A DNA stretch of 64,000 nt from Eledone cirrhosa (GCA_964016885.1 OZ024743.1:24056001-24120000), one strand, 5' to 3'. Shown: positions 42,454-56,916, numbered from the stretch's first letter. Notes: generated by a model from the letters alone, not told the origin. Numbers and translations: made by a program.

Positions 42454-43019
42454 ACATACACACATACACTCACACATACACACATACACTCACACATACA
42501 GATACAGGCACGCATGAACATATACTTGGTGTTACCTTCCCATACGCTTCTCTGTCCCCGCCTCAATTTAAGTGGGGCTATTTTTATCTATTTAATAATA
42601 ATATGATTGGTTTCCGTTTTAGGTACAAGGCCAACAATTTTGGCGAGGGGAAAGTCGAATAAATCGACCCCAGTACATTACTGGTACTTTATTTTATTGA
42701 TCACATAAGGATGAAAGGCAAAGCTAACCTCGGCGGGATTTGAACTCAGAACTTGAATGTACGTAGCTCTATGCCACGAAGCGTGGTGTCCGACTCTCTA
42801 CCGATGCCGCCAAGGTTAGCGTTGCCTTTTATTCTTACGGAGTCGATAAAATAAAGTACCAGTAATGCACTGGGGTCGATTTAATCGACTTTTTCCCCCC
42901 CTCCCTTGAAATTGCTGGCCTTGTGCCTAAAGTAGAAACAATTATTATTATTCATATTATGGTTCCTAGGCATCATTCTTCTGTGACTTGTCTTTCCTAT
43001 CGTCTGTACACACACACGC

Positions 43020-43124
<105 letters not shown>

Positions 43125-43234
43125 CGCAAGTGAATAAAAAACCAACAGGATAATGTAAAGAAAAATGAAATTCTAAAATCTGTCATATAAATACATAAAT
43201 ATATCATCTTCGAATGTATTCACACATACATATA

Positions 43235-43298
<64 letters not shown>

Positions 43299-43522
43299 GT
43301 ATACAGACACTTGCATACCACTGTACTGATGGCTATATACAGATTTCTGACCTTTCCATGCTAATGGACAAAAGCTTTTAACATTAAACACGAATTATTG
43401 TTCGTTTCAGAATTGATGTAAATTTGGGTCTAGAAATGAGAAAAAAAAAAAAAAAATCCAGTCTAGCAGTCTCTCTCTCTCCCCTCTCTCTCCCACCCCT
43501 CTCTCCCCCCTCTCTCTCTCTC

Positions 43523-43607
<85 letters not shown>

Positions 43608-44081
43608 TATATTATATACACATATATATATATAAAATTATAAACATGTATACACACACGCAAAAACACACTCTCTCTCTCACACACACACACACACACA
43701 AATATATTCATGTATTATGTATGTATATATTGTGTATGTATGCATGAAGTTTAATATAATATAATAAATGTAATATCATACAATATAATATAATATGATA
43801 AAATGAGTCCGTTTGAGTGGTCTATATTTTTTGCAATTGAAGAAGTAAAAATATATTACCGCATAACATATACACATACGCAAACTTCTATTTATACACA
43901 TCTATCTATGTACATTTTTATAGTCATGAAACTATACCAGTTACTTAATGACATGTAGTTTCGTTTTCAACACACTTATGTCTATAGTTTCGAATAATCT
44001 TATGTAAATATATATAGAAATATATGTTATACTATGTACCTATTTTTTTAGAATATATAAATTCCTAATAATGAATATCAC

Positions 44082-44204
<123 letters not shown>

Positions 44205-44402
44205 CAGTAATATTTTTGGGGTGGTTCTAAGGGAATTATTAGGTACGGGTAATAGAGGGAAGTATCTAAATCTCAAGTAACATCTAAAAAATTGGCCCTA
44301 GTCATATTTGATTCGATGGTGATTATATATATATAATCACCCAAGGGCGGTGTCCCAGCATGGCCTCAGCCGGATGGCTGAAACAGGTAAAAGAGTAAAA
44401 GA

Positions 44403-44519
<117 letters not shown>

Positions 44520-44529
44520 AATAATTATA

Positions 44530-45275
44530 ATTTAATATGGGTATAGCTTCTACAGGGCTAGAATTGTTTCATTCGAAGGAAATCGCTAAACACTCATTGT
44601 AGTTAACTAGATTGTAGACCAATATGAATAACTGACGCAAATCCTCATATCCCTTATCTCCTCGAGAAAGTATCCATGTACCTTCCTATTTCTAAGATCC
44701 GAATTCAAACACAACCTATCCAGTGATTTATTAACAAATGGAATCCTGAAATATTTCACTTTTACCCTTCTATCCTTATCCTTTGCATCCTCAAGTAATC
44801 TATTGTAGAAACCATCTATCAGAAAACTAACCTCGGATAGCCTTTCTTCACACCTCCTCATCAAATCCTTAAGCTTGCACTTAGAACATACTCTACGCAA
44901 CATAAAACATTGGTAAAAATCCCCGGACCTATAGAGTTCGACCAGTTTCTTCCACTCATTACCCGTATCACATTTATCTCTCCTAATTTTTCTTAACTTC
45001 CTCCTACCGTGGATATGTTTCCTTCTTAGCTCAGGCAGAGAAAGATAGACGCGGCTACACTTATTTTCCTTCTTAGATATTATACCAGAGACCGTAACTC
45101 TATCATTCAACCCTAGTGGGTTCACACTGCACATAGCCCCCATTCAGTAATTCTCCCTAGCCAGTAATTCCTGTTTAGCTATAGTTCCTAACACCTGAAC
45201 CTGGTCAATGATCTTGATCTTACCACAACCAAAACCCTCCCTATCTCGCCTGAAGTGTTCGTATATGTATAAAGA
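44530..45275 (-). mobile_element. Naiad-type Penelope-like element fragment (GIY-YIG end followed by pre-RT linker)
   Basis: YEHF...KIIDQV...LLARENY*MGAMCSVNPLGLNDR is the end of a GIY-YIG domain (TGA at the conserved W), followed in frame by FRIPFVNKSLD...VSYSYWSTI, consistent with an N-terminal endonuclease. Confidence 0.6.
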
Positions 45276-45429
45276 TTTGTCCGAATAAAACACTGTCTAT
45301 GTCCACTGAGTCACCGCTGTAATGACTGAGACGTCTGTCCGACGTACCCGCAAACTTCACTCAGCTCACTGAATACCGTATATAAGATATAGGGTACAAA
45401 GAATCAGTGTTGCATCATATACATATTTA

Positions 45430-45526
45430 AACACATATTACTTATGTTTCACTACCGATCAGCTCGAGGAACAATCGATTATGTTCGTTCTTGAATCTGG
45501 ACTCGAAAGCTCTTCAGATATGTGTT
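45430..45526 (-). ncRNA. type I hammerhead with 60-nt branched stem II domain
   Basis: Minus strand: AACACAUAU-CUGAAGA-GCU-UUCGAG...CUCGAG-CUGAUCGGU-AGU-GAAA-C(AUAA)G-UA-AUAUGUGUU. 9-bp stem I, intact core, GUA site. Confidence 0.72.
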
Positions 45527-46107
45527 CTCACATGTAGACTCACGTCGAAACACACACACACACACGCACACACGCACACACACATATATATATATTTATA
45601 CACACACACACGTATATATATACAAATGTATATATGTACACAGAAACATATTATTATCTAATTATCTAACACTTAAGACATTTAGGCAAGTGAAAACACA
45701 TTAAAGGCTCCAGTCTTCTTCTGGATACCATGATACTCTTGTCGGCAATCATTCATATAAATAATCTAGTTAAAGGTTTATCTACCATCTCTATACGATC
45801 TGTATCTCCCTGAACCTGTATATGAGACGTGTGACCACAGTCAGCGTGCAGCGCCAAGCTTTGTTTGTATTTTGTAATATATAAAGAAAATAAAGACAGA
45901 TTTGTTAACCATTCATGCGTGTTTTTACACACTGGAAACTATTTCATTTTATTTACATATTTATTTATTTGTGTTTGATATTTTTGAATAACAATATCAA
46001 TAATAATTAAAATTCTTTTTCATATTATTTTCACTCGAGGCTAATTATGGCTTTAATTCTTTCGGTTTCGATAAAATATCAGTTAAATACTAGAGTCGAT
46101 ATTAATC

Positions 46108-46301
46108 CAGACCTGTCAAAACTCCCCGTCCGACGGGGAGACCTCCTAACCACTTTGGGTGGGTGAGAGATGTCTTCTTTTGTGAAAATGGGTATAGTTT
46201 TCATTATATAAAATATCCCTATTTTGCTTCATTTCTCTCCGTTTTAGGGCACTGTTTTTCATGGTACTCCCCGCCTGGGGTTTTAGAGGTTGGCAGGTCT
46301 G
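46108..46301. mobile_element. second copy of the 6-bp-TSD MITE, inserted in a SINE
   Basis: TTAATC|CAGACCTG...CAGGTCTG|TTAATC; a third copy at 46980-47233 carries a nested SINE piece. Confidence 0.85.
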
Positions 46302-47476
46302 TTAATCGATTACCCCTACTCAAATATTTCTACTTGTGAGCTAATTTGACATATATAACTTATTTATTTCAATTTTTTGTTTCTTTTTCCTACTCACTAC
46401 AAAACAATCACAATTTTGTAATTTGTACCTGTAATGTTATCCACTTATTGTCGTTTTTATTGAATGGATATGGGTGGTGGTGGTGATGGTGGTGGTGCAT
46501 TGGCTGAGTCATTAGAGCGTGAGACAATGCTTAATAGTATTTTTTCCGGGTCTTTAATTTCTGAGTTCAAATTTTGTTGAAGTCAACTTTGCCTTTCATC
46601 CTTCCGAGATCGATAAAATATGGATCAACATATTCGATTTTCTTCTCCTATCAAAATTGTTGGCCTTGTGCCTCAATTAAAAATTGTTAAATTCAATGGG
46701 TAGAGCATCGGACAAAATTATTTTCACTCCTCTGTGTTATGATCGGTGGCGCCCGAGAAAGTGTCGCAACATGTGATGTCAAAATTCAATTCTAAATGTA
46801 GTGGACCCTTTAATAACGAATCTAACTTCCTTCCCACAGAACGTCATTCGTTACCACAACAATATTTGCATGTCCAAAATATAGTTTTCTCTTTCATATA
46901 TTTGTATACACCGATTTCTTAATTAATCGACCCTAGTACTTGACTGGTACTTTATTTTATCGACCCCGGAACGATGGAACAGACCTGTCAACTCTCTCTG
47001 TCCCACGGGGAGATCTCCCAACCACTTTTGTGTGGGTGAGAGATGTCGTCTCTTATGAAAATGGGTATAGCTTTCTAAAATAAAGTACCAGTAATGCACT
47101 GGGTAATTGCTGGCCTTGTGCCAAAAGTAGAAGCAATTATATAAAATCTCCCCATTTTGCCTAATTTCTCCCTGTTTTGGAGCCCTTTTTTTCATGGTAC
47201 TCCCCTTTTGGAGATTTAGAGGTTGGCAGGTCTAATTAATGGAATAAATAATCAAATGGTCCATTGCATTCGTTCAAAGCTAATACCTTTTTGTTGTCAT
47301 AAAAACCGACATTTTTTGCTGAAAAATTTCAAAACACATGAACTCTGAGAAGCCTTGTATAATATTGTTAAACGCTTCAAACAAATCAAAAGATTATATT
47401 TTGTTAACGTGCATTTTCTATGTAACGGCTATTTATTTCGTATAAAAATATAACATCTGTATATATACAGAGAGGG

Positions 47477-48147
<671 letters not shown>

Positions 48148-48148
48148 A

Positions 48149-48345
48149 CAGGGTGGCCCAAATGTTACACAGGGGTTTTAGTTTTTATTAACTTCCTGAA
48201 TTGTACAGATTGATGTATGAAATTTTGACACAACTTAAACGACATAATGGAAATTATTTTGCACTCGTCAATCCTTGTCACACCTCTACATTACATCTTT
48301 CAATTGGCGGCCATGCGACCCCTGTGCGACTTTTGGGCCACCCTG
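48149..48345. mobile_element. Tc1/mariner MITE
   Basis: TA|CAGGGTGGCCCAAA...TTTGGGCCACCCTG|TA. Confidence 0.85.
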
Positions 48346-48456
48346 TATATATATATATATATATATATAATAGTAATAATAATAAATTTGAAGACTAAAA
48401 TCCAAAGAGGGCTCGATAAGGATAAATATATATAAAATATATAAGAACCGTAGACC

Positions 48457-48529
<73 letters not shown>

Positions 48530-49122
48530 CAGACAAACAGATAGACAGAAAGAAAGAGAAGGAAACTAATGGTTTCTCTACGAATCGAACTTCCTTTCCT
48601 ATTTCCAATTCATCATATACAAACACACACATACAAATGAAGTAATAATCACATCCTCGCACACATACACAGAAATAGATATATTTCCGTCTGTAAGTAA
48701 CTATGTGAAACTACGTCTTTACCCTTTGCTCTTTCTGAATTGACATCACTTTCTGTCTGTCGCCTGGTGTAGTTTTACCTTTGGCTCTCTGCTCTAGACA
48801 TTAGTAGCTACAAAGACATTAAACAGGCGGCACAATTCAGCTTATTTTGATAAGTGTTAAAAGATATTTGTCACGGCAAACCTCGTTATCTTCGACCTGG
48901 CTTTATCACAACCACACATACACACACACAAATATGGATATATGCATCCATACATAGATATATATACATACACACACAGAAACATACATATATGTATGCG
49001 TATATATGTTTGAATAAGTATATATATATATATGTATGTAAAAGGTAAACAGAAATAACAACACAATCGGTACAGTATATGGAAGGGATATATTAGGTTA
49101 ACGCTTGATAGCAGGAAGAGGG

Positions 49123-49158
49123 TCTTAACGTTTCGGACGCTAGTCCTTCATCAGAAGA
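49123..49158 (-). ncRNA. minimal type I hammerhead motif
   Basis: Minus strand: UCUU-CUGAUGA-A-GGAC(UAGC)GUCC-GAAA-CG-UU-AAGA; helix III reduced to the palindrome ACGU (dimer-only). Confidence 0.72.
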
Positions 49159-49244
49159 AAGAATGAGAAATAAGATAGATTGAGGGGACGGGCGGGATGG
49201 AATTGGAAAAAAATGTCTTTAGATTAAAATAACAGGTCATTCAT

Positions 49245-49460
49245 ATATGTATATTTATGTAATGTATATATATATTAAGTATATATATATGTATATATAT
49301 ATTTATGTAATGTATATATATATTAAGTATATATATATGTATATATATATTTATGTAATGTATATATATATTAAGTATATATATATGTATATATTTATGT
49401 AATGTATATATATATTAAGTATATATATATATATGTATTTATGTAATGTATATATATAGA
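49245..49460. repeat. AT-rich minisatellite, about 40-50 bp unit, about 5 copies
   Basis: atttatgtaatgtatatatatattaagtatatatat repeated with variable TA runs. Confidence 0.8.
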
Positions 49461-49487
49461 TAGATATATATATAGATATATATCATT

Positions 49488-49519
<32 letters not shown>

Positions 49520-49925
49520 TATACACACATATATATATAAGAACGATCGACTTTCGTCAAATCGGACCGAGGGAACAATGTTTCCGTTGGTCTTTCCAAT
49601 TGCTAATACTATCTATCGGTCGCAACTCCAGGTAGAAGGAGTAACGTGAAATAAAGTGTCTTGCTCAAGGACATAACGCATCGCCTGGTCCAGGAATCGA
49701 ACTCACAACCTTACGATTGCGAATCCAATTCTCTAACCACTCCGCCACACGCCTTCACAAATATATATGTATATATATATATATATACCTTAATTTATAT
49801 ATAATAAATAATATAATATATATATATACCTTGTGCCAAAAGTAGAAACAATTATATATACACACACACACACACATATATATATATACATATAGATATA
49901 CATATATATATATATATACATATAG

Positions 49926-49976
<51 letters not shown>

Positions 49977-50001
49977 GATATACTTACATATATATATATA
50001 T

Positions 50002-50036
<35 letters not shown>

Positions 50037-50512
50037 CGTATGTTTTGTGAAGGTACGTATACCTTCGCGTACGTATATTTGATTGTTATGGCGTATACAT
50101 TTTTAAATATTTCTGGTACATATGGTTTGGCTATGTGTATACGGGAGTTTTGCGTCTGTGTGAGTATGCAGGTTCGTACGTATGTAGGGTGTGTGTATAT
50201 GTGTACTTCATGTTTTGGTTGACTTACGTCTCCGAACATTCGTGTATTTATATGTAGGTATGTGTGTGCGCTTGTTATATACGTATTTATTTATTTATAT
50301 ACGTTTATATAATTATTTATTTATTTGTAGACACGCTTACACACACACACACATATTTATATGTGCGTGGTTTTGTTTACCTATGGTAAGTTTTTGCGTA
50401 TGCTTGTGTATGTACGTATTTGTATTTATTTATTTCTATTACTTCTGTATTGTATTTATTTACTTTGTTCTTAACTCTGTAGCGGAGATTCATTCGGTCT
50501 CCTAGTTAGAAT

Positions 50513-50782
50513 TTAGTCTACGACTTCTGCTATACCATTTACGTGGTTTTGTCTTTGCGTGCTATTGTTCTCCACGCTCCACATATGACGTAGTATCTTC
50601 GTTTTTTCGTTCATTGCCAGAGAACGTCTCTATGCACCACCTAAGAGAACATTAGTCTACGACCTCTTTTATACCATAAACGTGGTTCTGTCTTTGCGCG
50701 TAATTGCTTTTCACCGCTCCTATTAATGACGTATTATATTCGTTTTTTCCCGTTCTTAGCCAGCAAACGTTTCCACGAACCA
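50513..50782. repeat. diverged tandem duplication, 139-bp period
   Basis: Units start ttagtctacgac at 50513 and 50652, with shared blocks tatacca..acgtggtt.tgtctttgcg, atgacgta and ttcgttttttc. Confidence 0.8.
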
Positions 50783-50931
50783 AAGTATCGTCTTCCTGTC
50801 TTCCTCCGGTTGCAACGTTTTTTGAAATATCCACTTCTGCGTTTACAGATTGACTTTGTTAGTTTCAGAAGATCCCGTTAAGGGTGAAAGCAGCGATTCT
50901 TTGCTTAAACTTTAATCTGTTATTTTAATAA

Positions 50932-50995
<64 letters not shown>

Positions 50996-51046
50996 GTATA
51001 TATATATACATATATATATGTATATATATATATATATATATACATG

Positions 51047-51180
<134 letters not shown>

Positions 51181-52596
51181 TATACATGTATATATATATA
51201 CATAAGTATATATAATACATACATTACATACATTACATACACACACAAACTCTCACGCACACATATATAAGGAACATTGATGCAATCACCACCGCCACCA
51301 CCACAACTACCACCACCGGGCGTTGTTATGCGGCTGCTTGACCTGCTAAAGCTGGCGGCCATATTTACCTCAAATCGCATCTCACTTTCTTAATTTAGTA
51401 AAGAAAGCAACGGCTAAATAGTCCCAGCCATATTTCTTAAAAGACAAACTAGTCACCGTTTGAATACCTTTGACCATTCATAGGTCTCGACTATCAGGCT
51501 TGGTTTGGTGTGGAACAACAACAACAACAACAGCTGCTGTAGAAACAACAACAGTAACTACTACTACTACTACTACTGAATTCAAATCCCACTTTACCTT
51601 TCATCCTTTCGGTACAGATAAAGAAAGTATCTGTGATATCCTAGGTCTTCTGCTGGATCCAGTGAGGGACGACTGAAAGTGGGACCATATGCTTAGTTTT
51701 TGATTTTCGTCTAACACATGGGTTCTCAAACCTTTTGGGTCATCCCACTCACGGCCATATAATATCCTCAGCGTCCACTCAATTCTATTTCCAATTCTAT
51801 TTCCAGAGAGATGCAAATTGTAAATAATAAATAATTGTTTCTACTTTTGGCACAAGGCCAGCAATAACCCAGTACTTTACTGGTACTTTATTTTATCGAC
51901 CCCGTAAAGGATGGAAGGCAAAGTTAACCTCGGCGGGATTTGAACTCAGAATGGAAAGGGCCGAAACTCAATGCGCCATAGCATGGCGTTCGACCCTCTA
52001 CCGATACTGCCAATCCACCGATTGTAAATAATATATAATAAATAAAATCGTTAATTAATATATAATAAATAATATAATATATACTATGTATAAATAAATA
52101 TATATTTTTTATTTTACTATATCTATATATAGTAAGTATCATTTGATATTTAATATACTATTATATCATCTCTACCCTTCCCCACCACCCGTTTAGGCCC
52201 CAGTGACCCAGGACCTTCTCAACGCCCCCCCCCCCCCCAAGGGGCGGTAGTGCTGACTTTGAGAACCTCTGGTCTAATACATGAGGTCAACTTGATTTAT
52301 ACATAACAATTCTTAGAGTATTATATACATATCAAAACCGATTGTCGCTATCATTAATCTGTATAAAATGAAAATATCTATTATATCTTGTTCACAACTT
52401 TTTTGTTCAGCCAATCACGAATAGGGTGATAAAATAATTGACCAGACCTAATAAACGTATTATGTGGTTGATGATCGATATATTGGCGTCTTCAAATAGC
52501 AATGTACAGTATATGTTATTATATATGTGTATATGTGTATATATATGTTATTATATATGTGTATACCGCTATATGCGTATCTCCCCGCTCTCTCTA

Positions 52597-52675
<79 letters not shown>

Positions 52676-54534
52676 TTCTCTCTCTCTCCCTATATATATA
52701 TATAAGTAAGACATTTGTAAATGGAACAAACGAAGGGCGGATATGAAACAGACAGAGATTTCTTGCTCGTCAGCTGTCTACTGAATGTCTGTGAGATTCG
52801 GCTGTTAAAAAAGTACTATTCTCCCTAGTGCACTAATAGTCCTTAACGAAAGAAATCCGTTCGAGATAAGAATACAAAGGATTTGAGACAAAGCAACTAC
52901 GTTACAGCTCGGGTATTTTCGACCAATTGGACAGGGAAACATGACGAAAAATAACGATAGGGGACAGGAAAATTCCTACAGTGAAAACGCGAACAACAAT
53001 ATGTAGGAAGGTAACCGTTGACGAATGAGAATTATGTATGGTGCAGCCACCATGTATGTATGTATGTATGTATGTATGTATGTATGTATGTATGTATGTA
53101 TGCATGCATGTACGTACGTACATACATACATACATACATACATACATACATACATACATACATACATACATACATGCATGCATGCATGGTGGTTGCAAAC
53201 TCTGCTAAGAGTATTGCAATTGCTTGTCAGATTATAGAGTGTTGGTGTCCTTTTAGGCTACGGCCAGCCATACGAACCTGTAACAGATCCTGAACAAGCA
53301 ATGCCTGTGCTTTGAAGGTTTTTTTGCACTCGACCAATCCCACTCTCTGAGCATCGAAAACACTACCCGAAAAGGAGAAATGGTCAACATCATTCAGACA
53401 TACATACATAGATACAGACAGACAGACAGATACACAGATGCACAAAGATATATAAATACATATATTTATAGATATAGAATAACTTCTGCAATGTCACCGA
53501 ACAGATAGATTATTCGTAAAGCCAACTAATACAAGAAAGCATGACTTGCATCTTTTCCTTGTCTGTAATTTCGAGAATCAAGAAACAGGATTGACCATCT
53601 TATAAATTAAGAAAGGCAATACTGGAAGAAAATTCTCTCTCCAGAGGGTTTCATTGAAAGTATGAAAAAATAAATAATTGTTTCTACTTTAGGCATAAGG
53701 CCAGCAATTATCCAGTGCATTACTGGTACTTTATTTTATCGACCCTGTAAGGATGAAAGGCAAAGTCAACCTCGGCGGGATTTGAACTCAGATCATAAAG
53801 GGACGTCACTATGCCCGAAAGCATGGCGTCCGACCCTCTACCGATACCGCCAATCCACCGCCTGAAAAAATAAATAATATTCACCTGTTAGTTAACAAAG
53901 TTTATCCTTACCGATCCAGAGCGGCGTATAAAATTGCACGCATGCGTAGATCAACCAGCAAGTAAATATATGTATACCACGGACAATATATATACATATC
54001 GTGCCGAGGTTAACTTTACCTTTCATCCTTACGGGGTCGATAAAATAAAGTACCAGTAATGCATTATATAATTGCTGGCCTTGTGCCAAAAGTAGAAACA
54101 ATTATTATTTGGCAGTATCTGTAGAGGATCGGACGCCATGCTTTGCAGCATAGAGTCACAGCTCTTTACGGTCTGAGTTAAAATCCCACCGAGATTAACT
54201 TTGCCTTTCATCCTCACGGGGTCGATAAAATAAAGTACCAGTAATGCACTGATATAATTGCTGGCTTTGTGCCAAAAGTAGAAGAATTATTATGTGGATT
54301 GGCGGAGTCGGTTGAGTGTCAGACTACATACTTTGTGCCATAGAGTTACGTTCTTTATGTTCCGAGTTCAAATCCCGCCGAGGTTAGCTTTGCTCTGGGG
54401 TCAATTTAATCGACTTTTCCGTCCCCCAAAATTGCTGGCCTTCTGCCTAAATCAGAAACCCTTATTATTAGTAGTTAATGAGGAAATTTATATATATTGC
54501 AGAAACATGTATATATATGTATAGAGAATACTAA

Positions 54535-54858
54535 GGGGGTGAATTGGCAGAGTCGTTAGAATGTCGGGTAGAATGCTTTATGGTATACGTTCCAGCTTTC
54601 TGCTCTCGGAGTTCAAATCCCGCTGAGGTCAACTTTGCTTTTCATCTTTCGAGGTCGATAAAAAAAGTACCAGTCTAGTACTGGTATCCATTCTTTCTCT
54701 ATATCTCTTTCTCACTTTCTATCTTTCTCTGGAAGAAATCTGCTGTACTCAGGCCTGAAGAGGGATGGTGTCCACCGAGCTTAAAATGTTCAAGAAACGC
54801 CATATATCAATACGACGGCCCTACGACTCTATCAGGAGTTACGGCACCATACCATACT
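54535..54858 (+). mobile_element. Meta-like SINE subfamily with long pyrimidine-rich body and (ACCAT)n tail
   Basis: Homologous to about 26318-26640 and 30515-30873, where the tail has expanded to (CCATA)n. Confidence 0.7.
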
Positions 54859-54933
54859 ATTCAGAATAGCACTATTAGTGATAGCGTACATAAGCCATCG
54901 GTTACGGATTTCAGTATTGCTGAGACGAGATAC

Positions 54934-54982
54934 ATGTCTTTTGATGAAAGCCCAACTAGGCTTGAAAACCGGTTAAAGGTAT
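54934..54982 (+). ncRNA. minimal type I hammerhead motif, U3 variant
   Basis: AUGUCUU-UUGAUGA-AAGCC(CAACUA)GGCUU-GAAA-ACCGGU-UA-AAGGUAU; palindromic helix III AACCGGUU. Confidence 0.68.
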
Positions 54983-55264
54983 TTAATATTTTTTTCAGTT
55001 TACAGGGAAATACTATATTTAGCTTGTTTATATGTCCACACACTCCATGTTCGTATTTACGCAGTCTTGGGTTGTTCGCTTCTCTGTATATACAAGTATA
55101 ACTTTATATATATAGTCATACAACATCTCATATATATATATATATATACAGGGTGTCCCAAAAAAGTATACACACTTCTACAACAGCATTCTAATAAATA
55201 TTGCCTATACAGGTAATCAAAATGTGTATATATATATATACATACATATATATATATATATACG

Positions 55265-55393
<129 letters not shown>

Positions 55394-55792
55394 ATACTTG
55401 GGGAGGGTCATATTTGTGTAATAATATTGCCAGAATTAATAACTGTTTCTACTATTAGCACAAAGCCAGAAATTACCCAGTACATTACTGGTACTTTATT
55501 TTATCGACCCCGTAAGGATGAAAGGCAAAGTTAACCTCGGCGGGATTTGAACTCAGAATGGCAAGGGCCGTAACTCTATGCGTCAAAGCATGGCGTCCGA
55601 CCCTCTACCAATCCACCGCCCTCTACCGATACTGCCAGAATTAATAACAGAACACACTCACTGTTTGGTTGGTTTTCGCTTCTGTGTCTTTTATATCGGT
55701 TAATTTAATGTATTCGGTCCTCAATGTTACAATTGACTGACCAGCGGTCAAAAATACAGATATAATATAGACACAAACACATATATATAGTC

Positions 55793-55836
55793 TAACAAAG
55801 TTCTTTCGTTGCACATCTGCAACATCGTCAGTGGTG
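55793..55836 (-). ncRNA. minimal hammerhead motif, family of 14636-14678
   Basis: Minus strand: CA-CUGACGA-U-GUUGCA(GAUG)UGCAAC-GAAA-GAAC-UU-UG; stem I weak. The module terminus at 55388-55411 matches 14809-14832. Confidence 0.62.
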
Positions 55837-56063
55837 CTATTATGTTTCCTCCTGTTGTATTGTATGCCTAGGCATACAATCTTAAAGCCATACACATATA
55901 ATACTTAGATGATCAAATCATTGTATTTAAATCTTCTATGGAAGTACGGCCATCTAAGATTGACTTTGTATTTAAATCTACATATCATTTGCTATATATG
56001 TATATATGTATAAAATGGTAGTTTGGCTCTCAATCGATATATCCTCGTATATCATTTACAAAC

Positions 56064-56188
<125 letters not shown>

Positions 56189-56410
56189 TTCATTTATGTT
56201 AGGTCGTTTACGAATGGGTAGAACTGATGGTTCTGGTTAGTAAACGAGGATGCAACAAATTAATTAAAGCACTCAACCTTATGCAAGTCATCCATCATAG
56301 ATGTGGTATCCAGTGGTTGGTGCAGGAACGGAATAAAGTATTTATTAAAACAACAGAAGGCCTGACTGGAAAATTTGCTTCAGAATTTAAATTCGCGAAA
56401 TCACTATACT

Positions 56411-56766
56411 TATTTCGATGGCCCAGCTCCATCATCCGATTATGATACAAGACAAGGCGATGTCCTCAGGTGTCATCTGAATAATTAGGTAACAAGGTTA
56501 CGTTGAACCCAAACAATAAATGGAAGATAGGGGAAAAGTAAAAAGAAAAAAAGAAAAACGAAAATTCGATTCGGACCATTTGCTACCATATTTGTAGGCG
56601 GTCGCCGAATCGAATTTTCTTGTTTCTTTTTTCTTTTTACTTTCCCTCTATCTTCTATTATCTGTTTGGGTTCAACGTAATCCTTTATATAATTCTGAAG
56701 ATGACACCTGGTGAGATCGCCTTACCTTGCATCATAATCCGATAATGGAGCTGGACCATCGAAATA
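56411..56766. repeat. diverged fold-back of about 350 bp
   Basis: tatttcgatgg.ccagctccat...aaaattcgattcgg is mirrored by ccgaatcgaatttt...atggagctgg.ccatcgaaata, with many mismatches. Confidence 0.75.
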
Positions 56767-56793
56767 TATAATATATATATATATATAAACACA

Positions 56794-56916
<123 letters not shown>

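Noticed and set aside
45144-45146. Selenocysteine codon in the Naiad-like ORF
   Set aside because: Aligns with a conserved Trp, so TGG>TGA decay is simpler; no SECIS identified.
52748-52782. Minus-strand CUGACGA-GCAA-GAAA hammerhead
   Set aside because: No stem II, and helix III/NUH does not register with stem I without bulges.
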